A DNA stretch of 64,000 nt from Candidatus Poribacteria bacterium (GTDB taxonomy: Bacteria; Poribacteria; WGA-4E; WGA-3G), in the NCBI GenBank assembly GCA_965198235.1, contig OZ240248.1, forward strand, positions 5,057,292 through 5,121,291, given 5' to 3'. Positions 47,241 to 57,008 of the stretch are shown here, piece by piece. The number at the start of each line of letters is the position of its first letter. Position 1 is the stretch's first letter. A program made the translations under genes and the position numbers. The notes under the pieces were generated by a model. It searched no databases and was not told where the DNA came from. It saw only the letters and a program-made list of their open reading frames with translations.

Positions 47241-50201
47241 ATGCGTTGCATCAAATTGATGGGTCTGTTCTACACAATGTGCTTTGCTGTCTTTCTAACG
47301 GGCGATGTCGTGGCACAGCACGCGCCGCCAGATGGAACAGACGCAAATCCTGCTGACGAGTTCCAATTCCTCAGCAATATCCGACAACTCACTTATGACG
47401 GAAAGCGTGGCGGTGAGGGGTATTTCTCGGAAGACGGCAACGCGCTCATCTTCCAAAGTGAACGCGAATCGGATAATCCGTTCTATCAAATCTATCTTTT
47501 AGACCTACTGACAGGCGATACGCACCGCGTCTCACCCGGTATAGGAAAGACAACTTGCGCCTTTTTCCGTCCAGGGACCGATGAAGTGCTTTACGCGTCG
47601 ACCCACCACGATGCTTTTGCGAAAGCAAAACAGGAAGAGGAACTGAAATTCCGGGCATCGGGCAAAGAAAGACGCTACAGCTGGGATTACGATGAAAAGA
47701 TGGACATCTTCTCGGCAAACCGAGACAGTCGTAACCTCAAACAACTGACAAACGCGCCCGGCTATGATGCTGAAGCCTCATATTCACCTGATGGCAAACG
47801 TATCGTTTTCTGTTCGCTACGGAATGCATATCCCAAAAGTCAACTCTCCCCAAAGGACCTGAAGCAACTGGAAGTCGATCCCGCCTATTTCGGCGAAATT
47901 TATATCATGAACGCCGACGGATCCGATCAAATTCAATTAACGGACGCTCCGGGCTACGATGGTGGTCCATTCTTTACACCCGATGGGCAGCATATCGTTT
48001 GGCGACACTTCACGCCTGACGGCAGCGAAGCCGACATCTACACAATGCGGATAGATGGCTCAAGTGTACGGCGACTCACCGATTTCGATAGCATGTCTTG
48101 GGCACCTTACTTCCATCCGAGCGGGGCATACGTTATCTTTGCTTCCAACAAGCTTGGATTCTCTAATTTTGAGCTATATCTCGTCGATGGGAGAGGTAGA
48201 CATGAACCCGTCCGTGTTACCACAACTGATGGGTTTGATGGGCTACCTGTCTTTTCACCAGATGGTAATCGCTTGTGCTGGACCTCGAATAGGAACAGTC
48301 AAGAGGTTTCGCAACTCTACCTCGCCGACTGGAATCACGAAGCTGCCCTGAAGGCAGTTACATCGGCACCAAGGAGTCACAATTCACCCGTGCATCCGGT
48401 CCGAACGGTTTCCGACTCCGAATCCTCTAAAAAAACGAGTATCCGTCAACATATTGAATTTCTTGCCGACGATGCCCTTGAAGGTAGAATGACCGGTTCA
48501 GAAGGCGCGAAACGCGCAGCGGAGCATATTGCTACCCAATTTGAGGAACTTAGTCTCAAGCCTACCGGTGATGAAGCGAGTTACTTCCAAACCTTTGAAT
48601 TCACTGCGGGTAGACAGATCATATCTGAGGAAAACCGGTTCCACATCACACGTCAGATGCATGGTGCCGAACAAGAGTTAGAATTCAGCGTGGAGCAAGA
48701 TTTTCAGCCGCTCTCTTTCTCTCGTAACGGTATCGTTGAAGGTGAAGTAGTCTTTGTTGGGTATGGGTTAACCGTCCCCGGCGAGTTAGGTGAAGGGTAT
48801 GACGCTTATGCGGGGTTAGATGTGAAGGACAAAATTGTCGTTGCCCTCCGTTATGTTCCTGAAGAGGTTGAACCCGAACGTCGCCAGCAACTCAATAGAT
48901 ATGCTGGGCTCCGATACAAGGCGATGCAAGCACGGGAACACGGCGCAAAAGCGTTTCTCGTCGTCGCGGGTCCGAACTCCCCCAACGCGGGTAAGTTGAT
49001 TCCGCTTGACTTCGATAGTAGCCTTGCTGATTCTGGGATTGTCGCTGCATCAATAAGTGATACCGTCGTGAAGGCACTCTTTGCACCATCTGGCAAGGAT
49101 CTGAAAGCAGTCCAGTCCGGACTTGATGTGGAGAATCCACATTTCCTTGGACAGTTTCCGTTACCCGATGTCAAGATTAAAATTGTCGTTTCGGTTGAGA
49201 AAGTTAAGAAAACCGATCAGAATGTCATCGCACTTCTCCTACCACCGCAATTAACAGATGACACCGAGTACATCGTTATCGGTGCGCACTATGATCATAT
49301 CGGCTACGGTGAAATCGGTTCATTGGCTCGGAAGGGTGAGGAGGGACAGATTCATAACGGTGCAGATGATAATGCCTCCGGCACCGCTGTCGTTTTAGAA
49401 TTGGCGGCGACACTCAGTGAAGCATTCCAAGAACACCCTGAAAAATTTAACAGAGGCGTTATCTTCGCACTCTGGTCAGGAGAGGAACTTGGACTTATCG
49501 GGTCCACCCACTTTGTCAACCATCCCGTTGTCCCTTTAGAGAAAGTAGTGGCATACGTCAATTTTGATATGGTGGGACGACTCCGTGAAAACAAACTCGT
49601 TTTGCAAGGTGTCGGTTCGTCATCTGTGTGGATGAAACTCATAGAAAAGCGAAATGTTCCCATCGGTTTCAACCTAACTTTACAAACCGATCCGTATCTG
49701 CCAACGGACGTGACCGCTTTCTATCCGAAAGAGGTGCCGGTGCTCAGCTTCTTCACCGGTGGACACGAAGACTACAATCGTCCAACGGATGACCCAGAGA
49801 CACTGAACTATACCGGCATAGAACGGATATCACGCTTGGCACACGGCATTGTTTTGGATGTGATCAGCACCCCTGAGCGTCCGGAATATGTCCAGGTCGA
49901 ACGGGGCGAGTCAGAAGGTGGGAGTCGCGATACATTGCGTGCGTATCTTGGCACAATTCCTGACTATACGACGGAAGGCACTGGTGTTAAACTCTCCGGG
50001 GTTCGCGCCGGTGGTCCCGCCGATAAAGCCGGTTTGAAAGGGGGTGATGTTATCGTGGAATTTGGCGGACAGAAAATCGCTAACATCTACGACTACACCT
50101 ATGCACTTGATGCTGTGAAAATTGGGGAACCGGTCGAGGTCATTGTTATACGAGATGGGGAACAGGTAAAGCTGACGGTTACGCCTGAGGCGCGGAATTG
50201 A
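47241..50201 (+). CDS. Secreted M28 aminopeptidase with PD40/TolB propeller, PA and PDZ domains
   Basis: PD40 repeats (SPDGKRIVF), GAHYDH, GADDNASG, SGEELGL and a C-terminal PDZ (GGPADKAGLKGGD). Confidence 0.92.
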   Translation: MRCIKLMGLFYTMCFAVFLTGDVVAQHAPPDGTDANPADEFQFLSNIRQLTYDGKRGGEGYFSEDGNALIFQSERESDNPFYQIYLLDLLTGDTHRVSPGIGKTTCAFFRPGTDEVLYASTHHDAFAKAKQEEELKFRASGKERRYSWDYDEKMDIFSANRDSRNLKQLTNAPGYDAEASYSPDGKRIVFCSLRNAYPKSQLSPKDLKQLEVDPAYFGEIYIMNADGSDQIQLTDAPGYDGGPFFTPDGQHIVWRHFTPDGSEADIYTMRIDGSSVRRLTDFDSMSWAPYFHPSGAYVIFASNKLGFSNFELYLVDGRGRHEPVRVTTTDGFDGLPVFSPDGNRLCWTSNRNSQEVSQLYLADWNHEAALKAVTSAPRSHNSPVHPVRTVSDSESSKKTSIRQHIEFLADDALEGRMTGSEGAKRAAEHIATQFEELSLKPTGDEASYFQTFEFTAGRQIISEENRFHITRQMHGAEQELEFSVEQDFQPLSFSRNGIVEGEVVFVGYGLTVPGELGEGYDAYAGLDVKDKIVVALRYVPEEVEPERRQQLNRYAGLRYKAMQAREHGAKAFLVVAGPNSPNAGKLIPLDFDSSLADSGIVAASISDTVVKALFAPSGKDLKAVQSGLDVENPHFLGQFPLPDVKIKIVVSVEKVKKTDQNVIALLLPPQLTDDTEYIVIGAHYDHIGYGEIGSLARKGEEGQIHNGADDNASGTAVVLELAATLSEAFQEHPEKFNRGVIFALWSGEELGLIGSTHFVNHPVVPLEKVVAYVNFDMVGRLRENKLVLQGVGSSSVWMKLIEKRNVPIGFNLTLQTDPYLPTDVTAFYPKEVPVLSFFTGGHEDYNRPTDDPETLNYTGIERISRLAHGIVLDVISTPERPEYVQVERGESEGGSRDTLRAYLGTIPDYTTEGTGVKLSGVRAGGPADKAGLKGGDVIVEFGGQKIANIYDYTYALDAVKIGEPVEVIVIRDGEQVKLTVTPEARN

Positions 50202-50370
50202 TTTTTCACTGAAACCTGTCTTATCTTATATCGTAAACATAGGTGTTACTACTTCAACCTTTTAAACCTTATTGAAGTATATATTGATGCTTTCGAGAGC
50301 ATTTGTAATAGAACTTGATGAAGTTAACAAACACACGGTCTGTGCATATTACAATATCAAGGAGATATTT

Positions 50371-51528
50371 ATGAACGTGAAAGTTTTTAGGTTGGTGATA
50401 TGCGTATTGCTTTCACTCTCAGTAGCGTTGCTGTCTGGATGTGAACGGATGCGCGATATGGGGATGACCGATGAAATGGTCGCTCCGTCTGATACCGATA
50501 CTATGCCCACGCTTAAAGTAGGTTTAATTCGCCACTCGGATTATATTGATTTCACCCAAGGAGCTGAACTTGCCCAGCAACAGATCAACGCAGCTGGTGG
50601 GGTTCTCGGAAAGCAGCTGGAATTTGTCATTAAAGAGGAGACCGCTGATACAGTTGTTCAGACTGCAATGGACTTTGCTGAGATGGGAGACGTTGTAGCG
50701 ATTATAGGTCCCCTGTTTTCAAGCCATGCTGTGAAGGTCGGTCCCGTTGCCACTATTCCAGTACTTGCGGGGGCGACAGGTAAAGATGTGACAGAAACCG
50801 GTGATTTCATTTTTATCGTTGGGGCTTCTAATGCGTTGCAAGCAGAACTGATGGCAAATTTTGCAGTGGACGAACTCAGCGCGAAAACAGCCGCAATGAT
50901 TTGGCAGAATCAGGACGTCTATTCCGGGGGTTTTGTTGAAGAATTCAGTGCCAATTTTGTGCAACTCGGTGGCAGTATTGTTGCCGAGGAGGTCTATGAG
51001 CCAGGGGATACAATGTTTGACGCGCAACTTGAGAGGATCAAAGCAGTGAATCCGGATGTCCTCTTTCTCGCCAGTTTCCCGCCAGAGGTCCCCCTTATCA
51101 TGGAACAAGCGAGGGCGATGGGTATTACAGCTACCTTTATCGGCAGCGACGGTTGGGATGTTGCACCACTGCACGCAATGATAGAGGATAAGTCCCTGCT
51201 CGCAGATTCCTACCACTGTAGCAACTTCCATCGGACCCAGGCGGTCGAATTTGTTTCGGCATTCGAGGCTATGTTCCCTGGAACATCTGCTGGTGGTGTT
51301 GCCGCAGGTGGCTACGATGCGGTGCGGTTACTTGCCCAAGGAATTGAGAATGCACAATCAACAGATCCGGTAGCGGTTCGCGATGCGATTGCTGACATCA
51401 CGGACTATGAGGGTGCGACAGTCATTTCTCATTTCAAGACAAATGATAATGGGCAGAAGCGCGAGTCTAACAATAGTGCTGTCGTGGTCCGAGGTGAAGA
51501 TGGAACAGTCTATCCCTACCCAAATTAA
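50371..51528 (+). CDS. LivK-type ABC substrate-binding lipoprotein (paralog 1)
   Basis: Lipobox LSGC, INAAGGVLG, FIGSDGW and GYDAV. Confidence 0.88.
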   Translation: MNVKVFRLVICVLLSLSVALLSGCERMRDMGMTDEMVAPSDTDTMPTLKVGLIRHSDYIDFTQGAELAQQQINAAGGVLGKQLEFVIKEETADTVVQTAMDFAEMGDVVAIIGPLFSSHAVKVGPVATIPVLAGATGKDVTETGDFIFIVGASNALQAELMANFAVDELSAKTAAMIWQNQDVYSGGFVEEFSANFVQLGGSIVAEEVYEPGDTMFDAQLERIKAVNPDVLFLASFPPEVPLIMEQARAMGITATFIGSDGWDVAPLHAMIEDKSLLADSYHCSNFHRTQAVEFVSAFEAMFPGTSAGGVAAGGYDAVRLLAQGIENAQSTDPVAVRDAIADITDYEGATVISHFKTNDNGQKRESNNSAVVVRGEDGTVYPYPN

Positions 51529-51715
51529 GACGTAGTCGCAAAGTTTATTAGTGAGATGAGGGTGGTTCATTATTCGCGGAATTTCGTATTGTGCAACAAA
51601 GGGATCCCACCGTACGCTTCTTGTGAATCAAGGCATTGATTGATACTATTACAGTTGCAATGATTTATGAACCCCCTCATCTTTAATTATGCTTTTTACT
51701 GGAAAGGAGAATTCC

Positions 51716-52879
51716 ATGAACGTTAAAATTTTTAGGTTAATGCTATGCGTATTGCTTTCACTCTCAATCGCTTTGCTGTTTGGATGTGAACGGATGCGTG
51801 ATATGGGGATGACCGATGAGATGGTCACTCCGCCTGATACCGACACGATGCCCACACTGAAAGTGGGACTGATTCATCCGCAGCCAAATTACATCAGTTT
51901 TGGCAGCGGTGCGAAACTTGCCCAAGCTGAAATCAACGCAGCTGGGGGTGTCCTTGGCATGCAGGTAGAACTCATCTACAAGCAGGAACTCACGGAAACC
52001 GTCGTTGAATCTGCAACAGAATTGGCTGATGAAGGTGTTGTCGCTATATTGGGTCCCCTGTTTTCAAGCCATGCTGTGAAAGTTGGACCAGTTATCAATA
52101 TTCCTGTCCTTTTGGGGGCAACAAGGGCAGAGGTGACAGCAGCGGAAACGGACCCTAACGATTTTATGTTTCTCATTGCAGGTTCAAATGTGTTGCAAGC
52201 AAAACTATTGGCAAAAGTTGTTGTAAATCAACTTGGTAAGAAAACCGCTGGAATGATTTGGAAGAATAAGGATGTGTATTCTGAGGGTTTTGTCGAATCT
52301 TTTGAGTCGAATTTCCAGAAACTCGGCGGTAGTATTGTCGCTAAGGAAGTTTATGAAAGCGACGATACGATGATGTTTGATGCCCAACTCACGACAATTC
52401 AAGCCGCAGCCCCGGATGTTCTGCTCCTTGCCAGTTTCCCACGAGCGAACCCACGGATAATGAAACAGGCGAGGGACATGGGGATTGAATCCATTTTTAT
52501 TGGCAGTGATGGGTGGGATGATCCATTGATGTTTGAGGTTTTAGAGGATAACGCGCCTCTTGACAATTCTTTCTATTGTACCAATTTGGATCCGGATGCT
52601 GTAGAATTTATTTCTGCTTATGAGGCGGCATTTGGTCCTGTTGATGGCATTGCTGCGACGGGCTATGATGCCATGAAAATTTTGGCAATGGCAATTGAGG
52701 CAACGGAGTCAACAGATCCGATGGCAATTCGGGATGCAGTCGCTGCGATCACAAACTACGAAGGGGCTACAACTATCTCTCGTTTCGATGAGAACCGCAA
52801 TTCGGTTAAAAGTGTCGGCATAAGGCAAATTCTTAATGGAATGCCACAGGCTAATATAATTGAGGCGGCACCTGAGTAG
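51716..52879 (+). CDS. LivK-type ABC substrate-binding lipoprotein (paralog 2)
   Basis: Lipobox LFGC; same motifs as paralog 1, with a near-identical 5' DNA sequence. Confidence 0.88.
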   Translation: MNVKIFRLMLCVLLSLSIALLFGCERMRDMGMTDEMVTPPDTDTMPTLKVGLIHPQPNYISFGSGAKLAQAEINAAGGVLGMQVELIYKQELTETVVESATELADEGVVAILGPLFSSHAVKVGPVINIPVLLGATRAEVTAAETDPNDFMFLIAGSNVLQAKLLAKVVVNQLGKKTAGMIWKNKDVYSEGFVESFESNFQKLGGSIVAKEVYESDDTMMFDAQLTTIQAAAPDVLLLASFPRANPRIMKQARDMGIESIFIGSDGWDDPLMFEVLEDNAPLDNSFYCTNLDPDAVEFISAYEAAFGPVDGIAATGYDAMKILAMAIEATESTDPMAIRDAVAAITNYEGATTISRFDENRNSVKSVGIRQILNGMPQANIIEAAPE

Positions 52880-52977
52880 CCAACGTGTTAGAAACAGACT
52901 ATTCAAACAACGTACGAGTTCTCATGTCGACGAGAACTCGTACTCTTTTAAAGTCCTCACAAATACGGAGAATCAAG

Positions 52978-54162
52978 ATGAAGGTTAAAAAGAGTAGAAT
53001 TTTTACGTTTGTATTCGCTATGACTGCATTGGTTGCGAGTTTGATTGGCTGTGAACGAATACAGCAAGTTGTCCAACCTGCCACGCAGATGGAAGGTCCT
53101 GGCGAGGAAATTTCCATTGGAGTCGTCTTGCCCCAGACAGGGGACTTGGGCCCAGGTGAATTTGGTCCGGGCGCCTTGGTGATGGAAAATAGTTTTAACA
53201 TGGCACTTGAGGAAATTAACGCCTCGCAACTGCTCGGTGGCGCAACCCTCAAGTTCATCACTGAGGACGATATGAGCACTGTAGAAGGTGCCATCACGGC
53301 TTTCAATAAGTTGATCCATCAAGACAAAGTACCTGTGATCCTCGGTGTCTGGACATCGCACGTTGCCAAGTCTGTTTTTCCGATTGCGCAGGAAAACGAG
53401 GTCGTGGCGTTTAGTCCAGTCGTCATCGCCTCTGGCTTAACTGCGATCGGTGACTTTATATTCCGAGCGAGTCACTCTACAGATGACCTAATTCCTGAAG
53501 GGATCAGGGTGACACATGAGAAACTCGGCTATCAGCGGGTAGTGACGATAGCAGATTCAGTTGATTTCGCTTCTCGAGTTAGTGATGAAGTGCATAGGAA
53601 AGTCTTTGCTGATAACGGTATTGAAGTGCTGACCACGGAGACTTTTGAAACGGGTGATACTGACTTTTCCGTCCAATTAACCCGGATAAAAGAATTGGAG
53701 CCAGATGCAATTTTCCTCTCTGCGCAACAAATAGAGGTTATTAGGATTCTCACCCAAGGACGCGAACTGGGGATTCCTGCTGATATTCCCATTATTAGTC
53801 ACGTCTTATCTGTAGATGAGATCCAAAGTGCGGGGGATGCCGCTGAGGGTGCGATTACTTTTACAAGTTGGGTTAGCACAGCGGACACCCCCGGAAATCA
53901 GACTTTTGTTCAGAACTACACCGCGAGATACGGCATGGAACCCAGCGTTTGGGCTGCACAACCGTATGCCGCTGTTTATATCCTCGCGGAGGCAATCAGG
54001 AACGCCCAATCAACGGATTCAAAAGCTATTGCTGCTACGCTGGCTGAGATTAAAGATTTTGACACCGTTTTGGGTAAGTTCTCTTTTGATTCCAGCGGAG
54101 ACGCTATTTATGACGCAGTTGTTCTGATTGTTAAAGATGGCAAACTTGAAGTTTTCGAGTAG
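52978..54162 (+). CDS. LivK-type ABC substrate-binding lipoprotein (paralog 3)
   Basis: Lipobox LIGC, IGVVLPQTG and TDFSVQLT. Confidence 0.88.
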   Translation: MKVKKSRIFTFVFAMTALVASLIGCERIQQVVQPATQMEGPGEEISIGVVLPQTGDLGPGEFGPGALVMENSFNMALEEINASQLLGGATLKFITEDDMSTVEGAITAFNKLIHQDKVPVILGVWTSHVAKSVFPIAQENEVVAFSPVVIASGLTAIGDFIFRASHSTDDLIPEGIRVTHEKLGYQRVVTIADSVDFASRVSDEVHRKVFADNGIEVLTTETFETGDTDFSVQLTRIKELEPDAIFLSAQQIEVIRILTQGRELGIPADIPIISHVLSVDEIQSAGDAAEGAITFTSWVSTADTPGNQTFVQNYTARYGMEPSVWAAQPYAAVYILAEAIRNAQSTDSKAIAATLAEIKDFDTVLGKFSFDSSGDAIYDAVVLIVKDGKLEVFE

Positions 54163-54182
54163 AAACGTGTCCGATTAAATGG

Positions 54183-54235
54183 AAAGTGCGCTGCGACAGA
54201 TTTCCAAACTTTGTCACAGCGCACTTTACTTTTTT
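54183..54235. terminator. Probable bidirectional intrinsic terminator
   Basis: AAAGTGCGCTG..GACA / TGTC.CAGCGCACTTT stem followed by a T tract, between convergent genes. Confidence 0.65.
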
Positions 54236-54256
54236 AAGGAACGAAACCAGTTTTCG

Positions 54257-55378
54257 CTACTCAAATGCGAGATGGGCGACGACCCCTGCGTGGTCGGAGG
54301 GCCACAACCCAGAAGGCAACCGTTCCGCTGGTGTATCTCCTATGGTGTGAGTCAGAATCTGCGTGGGGAGTTCAATATTTCTCGCAAAAATCTGATCAAT
54401 CCGTACAGAATGATCACTCACCTCATTTAAGATGTCATCGTCTTGGCAACAAGTATTACCAATTCCCTCGGAATCCACCTGCCAAAGGTCAACATACCCC
54501 GCAGAGAGTAAAAGTTGATAAGCGGTACCGTCGGGTGCCCTCGTATTGAAATCCCCTAACAGGATAATCGGCAGAGTTTCGTCGCTGAGGCTATCTACCA
54601 ATTCCTGCATTTGTGCAACCCGGTTTTCCTCCGCGAATGCCTCCAAGTGTGTATTGACAACGCGGTAAGTGACACCAGAAACGGTGGCATCTACAGCAGC
54701 GTAACCCCTTTTTACTTCAAGACCGAGCATTTCGATTGTAAGGGCATTTGCGTAGTTCGCGCTCATAGGACGTGATATCGTAACACCACCACGCGCCAGC
54801 AGCACATCAAAATCAGTTAAACGAACATCAACAATTCCAGCATCCGTAAACATCGGCATTTCCACATCAAGGTTTTCGACTTGGGCAGCGACTTGATAAT
54901 CTAAGCCTTCTGCTTGAAGCGCGCCCATCAAAATTTGGAGAAAATCTAAGACGACCTCTTCAGCATCAGGAGTTCTTTCTGTAATAGAATTGCCCGGGCT
55001 TTGTGTGCGAATGAGTGAAATCTCTTGTAAACCGATGAGATGTGGTTGATACATCTTTATAGACTTGGCAATTGCCGCAGCGCGCCCCGGAAAATCAGAG
55101 GCAATCACGTTGTTGTACATGGTAGCAACTTCTTGCGGTACTTGTATCAAGTTTTCTACAGACAGAAGCGGTTCTGCACTGCTCCCAACGTAAACATTGT
55201 AGGTCATCACTGTGAGTGGTTCCGTATCTGGGGTACTGACTTCTGGTAACATCGGTGGTGTTATCTTTTCACAACCCGATAGGCTTAACAGGATCCCGAA
55301 TAACAGGAGAACGATTTTGATGGAACTCACACGATTTGAAAACTTGCTATAAAAATTCAATTTTTTAGACATATTCAT
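54257..55378 (-). CDS. Endonuclease/exonuclease/phosphatase-family lipoprotein
   Basis: Lipobox LSGC, MTYNV, GLQE, NTHLE, GDFN, RIDQI and SDH. Confidence 0.88.
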   Translation of the reverse strand: MNMSKKLNFYSKFSNRVSSIKIVLLLFGILLSLSGCEKITPPMLPEVSTPDTEPLTVMTYNVYVGSSAEPLLSVENLIQVPQEVATMYNNVIASDFPGRAAAIAKSIKMYQPHLIGLQEISLIRTQSPGNSITERTPDAEEVVLDFLQILMGALQAEGLDYQVAAQVENLDVEMPMFTDAGIVDVRLTDFDVLLARGGVTISRPMSANYANALTIEMLGLEVKRGYAAVDATVSGVTYRVVNTHLEAFAEENRVAQMQELVDSLSDETLPIILLGDFNTRAPDGTAYQLLLSAGYVDLWQVDSEGIGNTCCQDDDILNEVSDHSVRIDQIFARNIELPTQILTHTIGDTPAERLPSGLWPSDHAGVVAHLAFE

Positions 55379-55450
55379 CTCCAATCCCTCAATTGTTAAA
55401 TTGAGGCGACTTTGTTGTACAAGCAATCCTCCGATTGCAATTAATATTAC

Positions 55451-55571
55451 CAGGACTTACGCAAAATTGGCTTCCATGCCAAAATTGAGCGGATATTCCC
55501 GAAGAAAGCGCAATGAATTGCGCTACTACGAACCAAAGACCGCGCGAAAACGGGTCAACTGCGTAAGTCCT
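55451..55571. mobile_element. MITE-like element with 12-bp terminal inverted repeats and a target-site duplication
   Basis: AGGACTTACGCA (55452-63) / TGCGTAAGTCCT (55560-71), flanked on both sides by ATATTAC; internal hairpin AGCGCAAT-GA-ATTGCGCT. Confidence 0.75.
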
Positions 55572-55668
55572 ATATTACTTTATCGTATTTCGGTGTCAAA
55601 ACCCCTGAATTCATTCGGGGGATATAGACACCGCCTTGTTGGAAAAGACCAAACACCGAAAAATACAT

Positions 55669-55697
55669 TTGACATTTGGTCTAAAATGTAGTATAAT
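55669..55697 (+). promoter_or_regulatory. Consensus sigma70 promoter inside the element
   Basis: TTGACA-17 nt-TATAAT directly before the structured leader. Confidence 0.8.
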
Positions 55698-55700
55698 CAT

Positions 55701-55785
55701 AGTATCACAGTGGCAGACATTTCCAGCGTCACCGCAAGGTGGCGTGTCTGCCTACCTACTGGAAAGGGGTTAAAATTGTGATACT
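55701..55785 (+). ncRNA. Putative structured leader RNA (pseudoknot/kissing loop) upstream of tnpB copy 1
   Basis: Four to five helices that covary with the copy at 63638-63720. Confidence 0.7.
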
Positions 55786-55796
55786 GTGAAAAACCA

Positions 55797-57008
55797 ATGC
55801 GAAACACGAACCATAAACTTTTTCAGGATAAGTCTTTGCATCACTTGCACGACGAGTGCAATATCTGTGGTGTTGTCAAGAACCACTTCCTTGCTCTGTG
55901 CATGCGATATTACCGTCGTTATGGTAAGGGGCTTTCATACTCGAAAATGTCTAAGCACTTGACGAAACTCAAGAAACTTGAGAAGTATAAGCATTGGAAT
56001 ATCCCCTACTCGTGGGCCTTACAGAATGTCCTCAAGCGTCTGGCACAAAGTTTCCGTGAAATGAAAACATTAGGCAGAGGTCACCCGCAATTCAAGTCCT
56101 GTAAGAAACATAAAGGTATGACGTTTAGAGGTGAACAGGTCAAGATAGAGAAAGTATTAGATAAGCAGAAGAACGAAAGAAATCACCCGACGTATCGTAT
56201 TCGTCTCAATGGTCGTTGGTATCGTTTCGCCTTGCACCGTGAAATCAAAGGTGAAATCAAGCAAGTTCACGTGACAAGGGACGCACTCGGAGACGTGTAT
56301 ATCACCGTCACAGAAGATTACTCGGAAGTCAAATATGAACCCAAGACAGGTAAAGCTGAAGGGTTCGACTTTGGTATCAAAGACTTCCTGACTGGTAGTG
56401 ATGGTAAACCATACGTTTCTCCCATGTTCTACAAACACAATGCCAAGACATTGGCAGAAGCACAGAAAGTATATTCCCGCAAGGTCAAAGGGTCTAACAA
56501 CCAAAAACGCCAACGCAAGACCGTTGCGCGTATCCATAAGAAGACTGCGAACCGAAGAATAGATCACCATTGGAAACTTGCTATACAACTCTGTCGTAAG
56601 TTTGATATTCTGTTCTTTGAAGATTTGAACCTTCGCGGTATGAAAAAACTTTGGGGTAAACAAGTTTCTGACCTCGCCTTCGGTGCGTTCATACAGAAAC
56701 TTAAGCACCAATCCCATAAACGCATTCGTTCCGTGCTGAAGATTGGGAGATGGATACCCACCACAAAGTGCTGTTCTGTTTGTGAACATAAAAATGATGA
56801 CCTAACATTAGCAGACCGTGCATGGACGTGTCCAAGTTGCCATACGCACCTTGACAGGGACCATAACGCTGCGATAAACATTCTTAAGGAAGGGGTAGCT
56901 TCCTTTGGGTTAGGAGTTGTAAGACCAATAGTTCTGTTCAACAGGATTGTTGGCACCTCCGTTGAATCCGCCAGTCCGATTCTGAATTCCACAAACGCTT
57001 TCGCATAA
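55797..57008 (+). CDS. tnpB: RNA-guided endonuclease TnpB
   Basis: RuvC-I GFDFG, RuvC-II FEDL, Zn finger CSVC..CPSC and RuvC-III DRDHNAA; all three acidic residues present. Confidence 0.95.
   Translation: MRNTNHKLFQDKSLHHLHDECNICGVVKNHFLALCMRYYRRYGKGLSYSKMSKHLTKLKKLEKYKHWNIPYSWALQNVLKRLAQSFREMKTLGRGHPQFKSCKKHKGMTFRGEQVKIEKVLDKQKNERNHPTYRIRLNGRWYRFALHREIKGEIKQVHVTRDALGDVYITVTEDYSEVKYEPKTGKAEGFDFGIKDFLTGSDGKPYVSPMFYKHNAKTLAEAQKVYSRKVKGSNNQKRQRKTVARIHKKTANRRIDHHWKLAIQLCRKFDILFFEDLNLRGMKKLWGKQVSDLAFGAFIQKLKHQSHKRIRSVLKIGRWIPTTKCCSVCEHKNDDLTLADRAWTCPSCHTHLDRDHNAAINILKEGVASFGLGVVRPIVLFNRIVGTSVESASPILNSTNAFA

Noticed and set aside
55712-55765. HDV-like ribozyme reading of the tnpB leader (P1-P2-P3-P1'-P2' order)
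   Set aside because: The strand order is similar, but P3 is 7 bp with a tetraloop, and there is no L3 consensus, no P1.1 GG and no P4.
55797-57008. Nuclease-dead TnpB (TldR-like repressor) or IStron
   Set aside because: The RuvC D-E-D residues are intact in both copies, both insertions are intergenic, and the leader is too short for a group I intron core.
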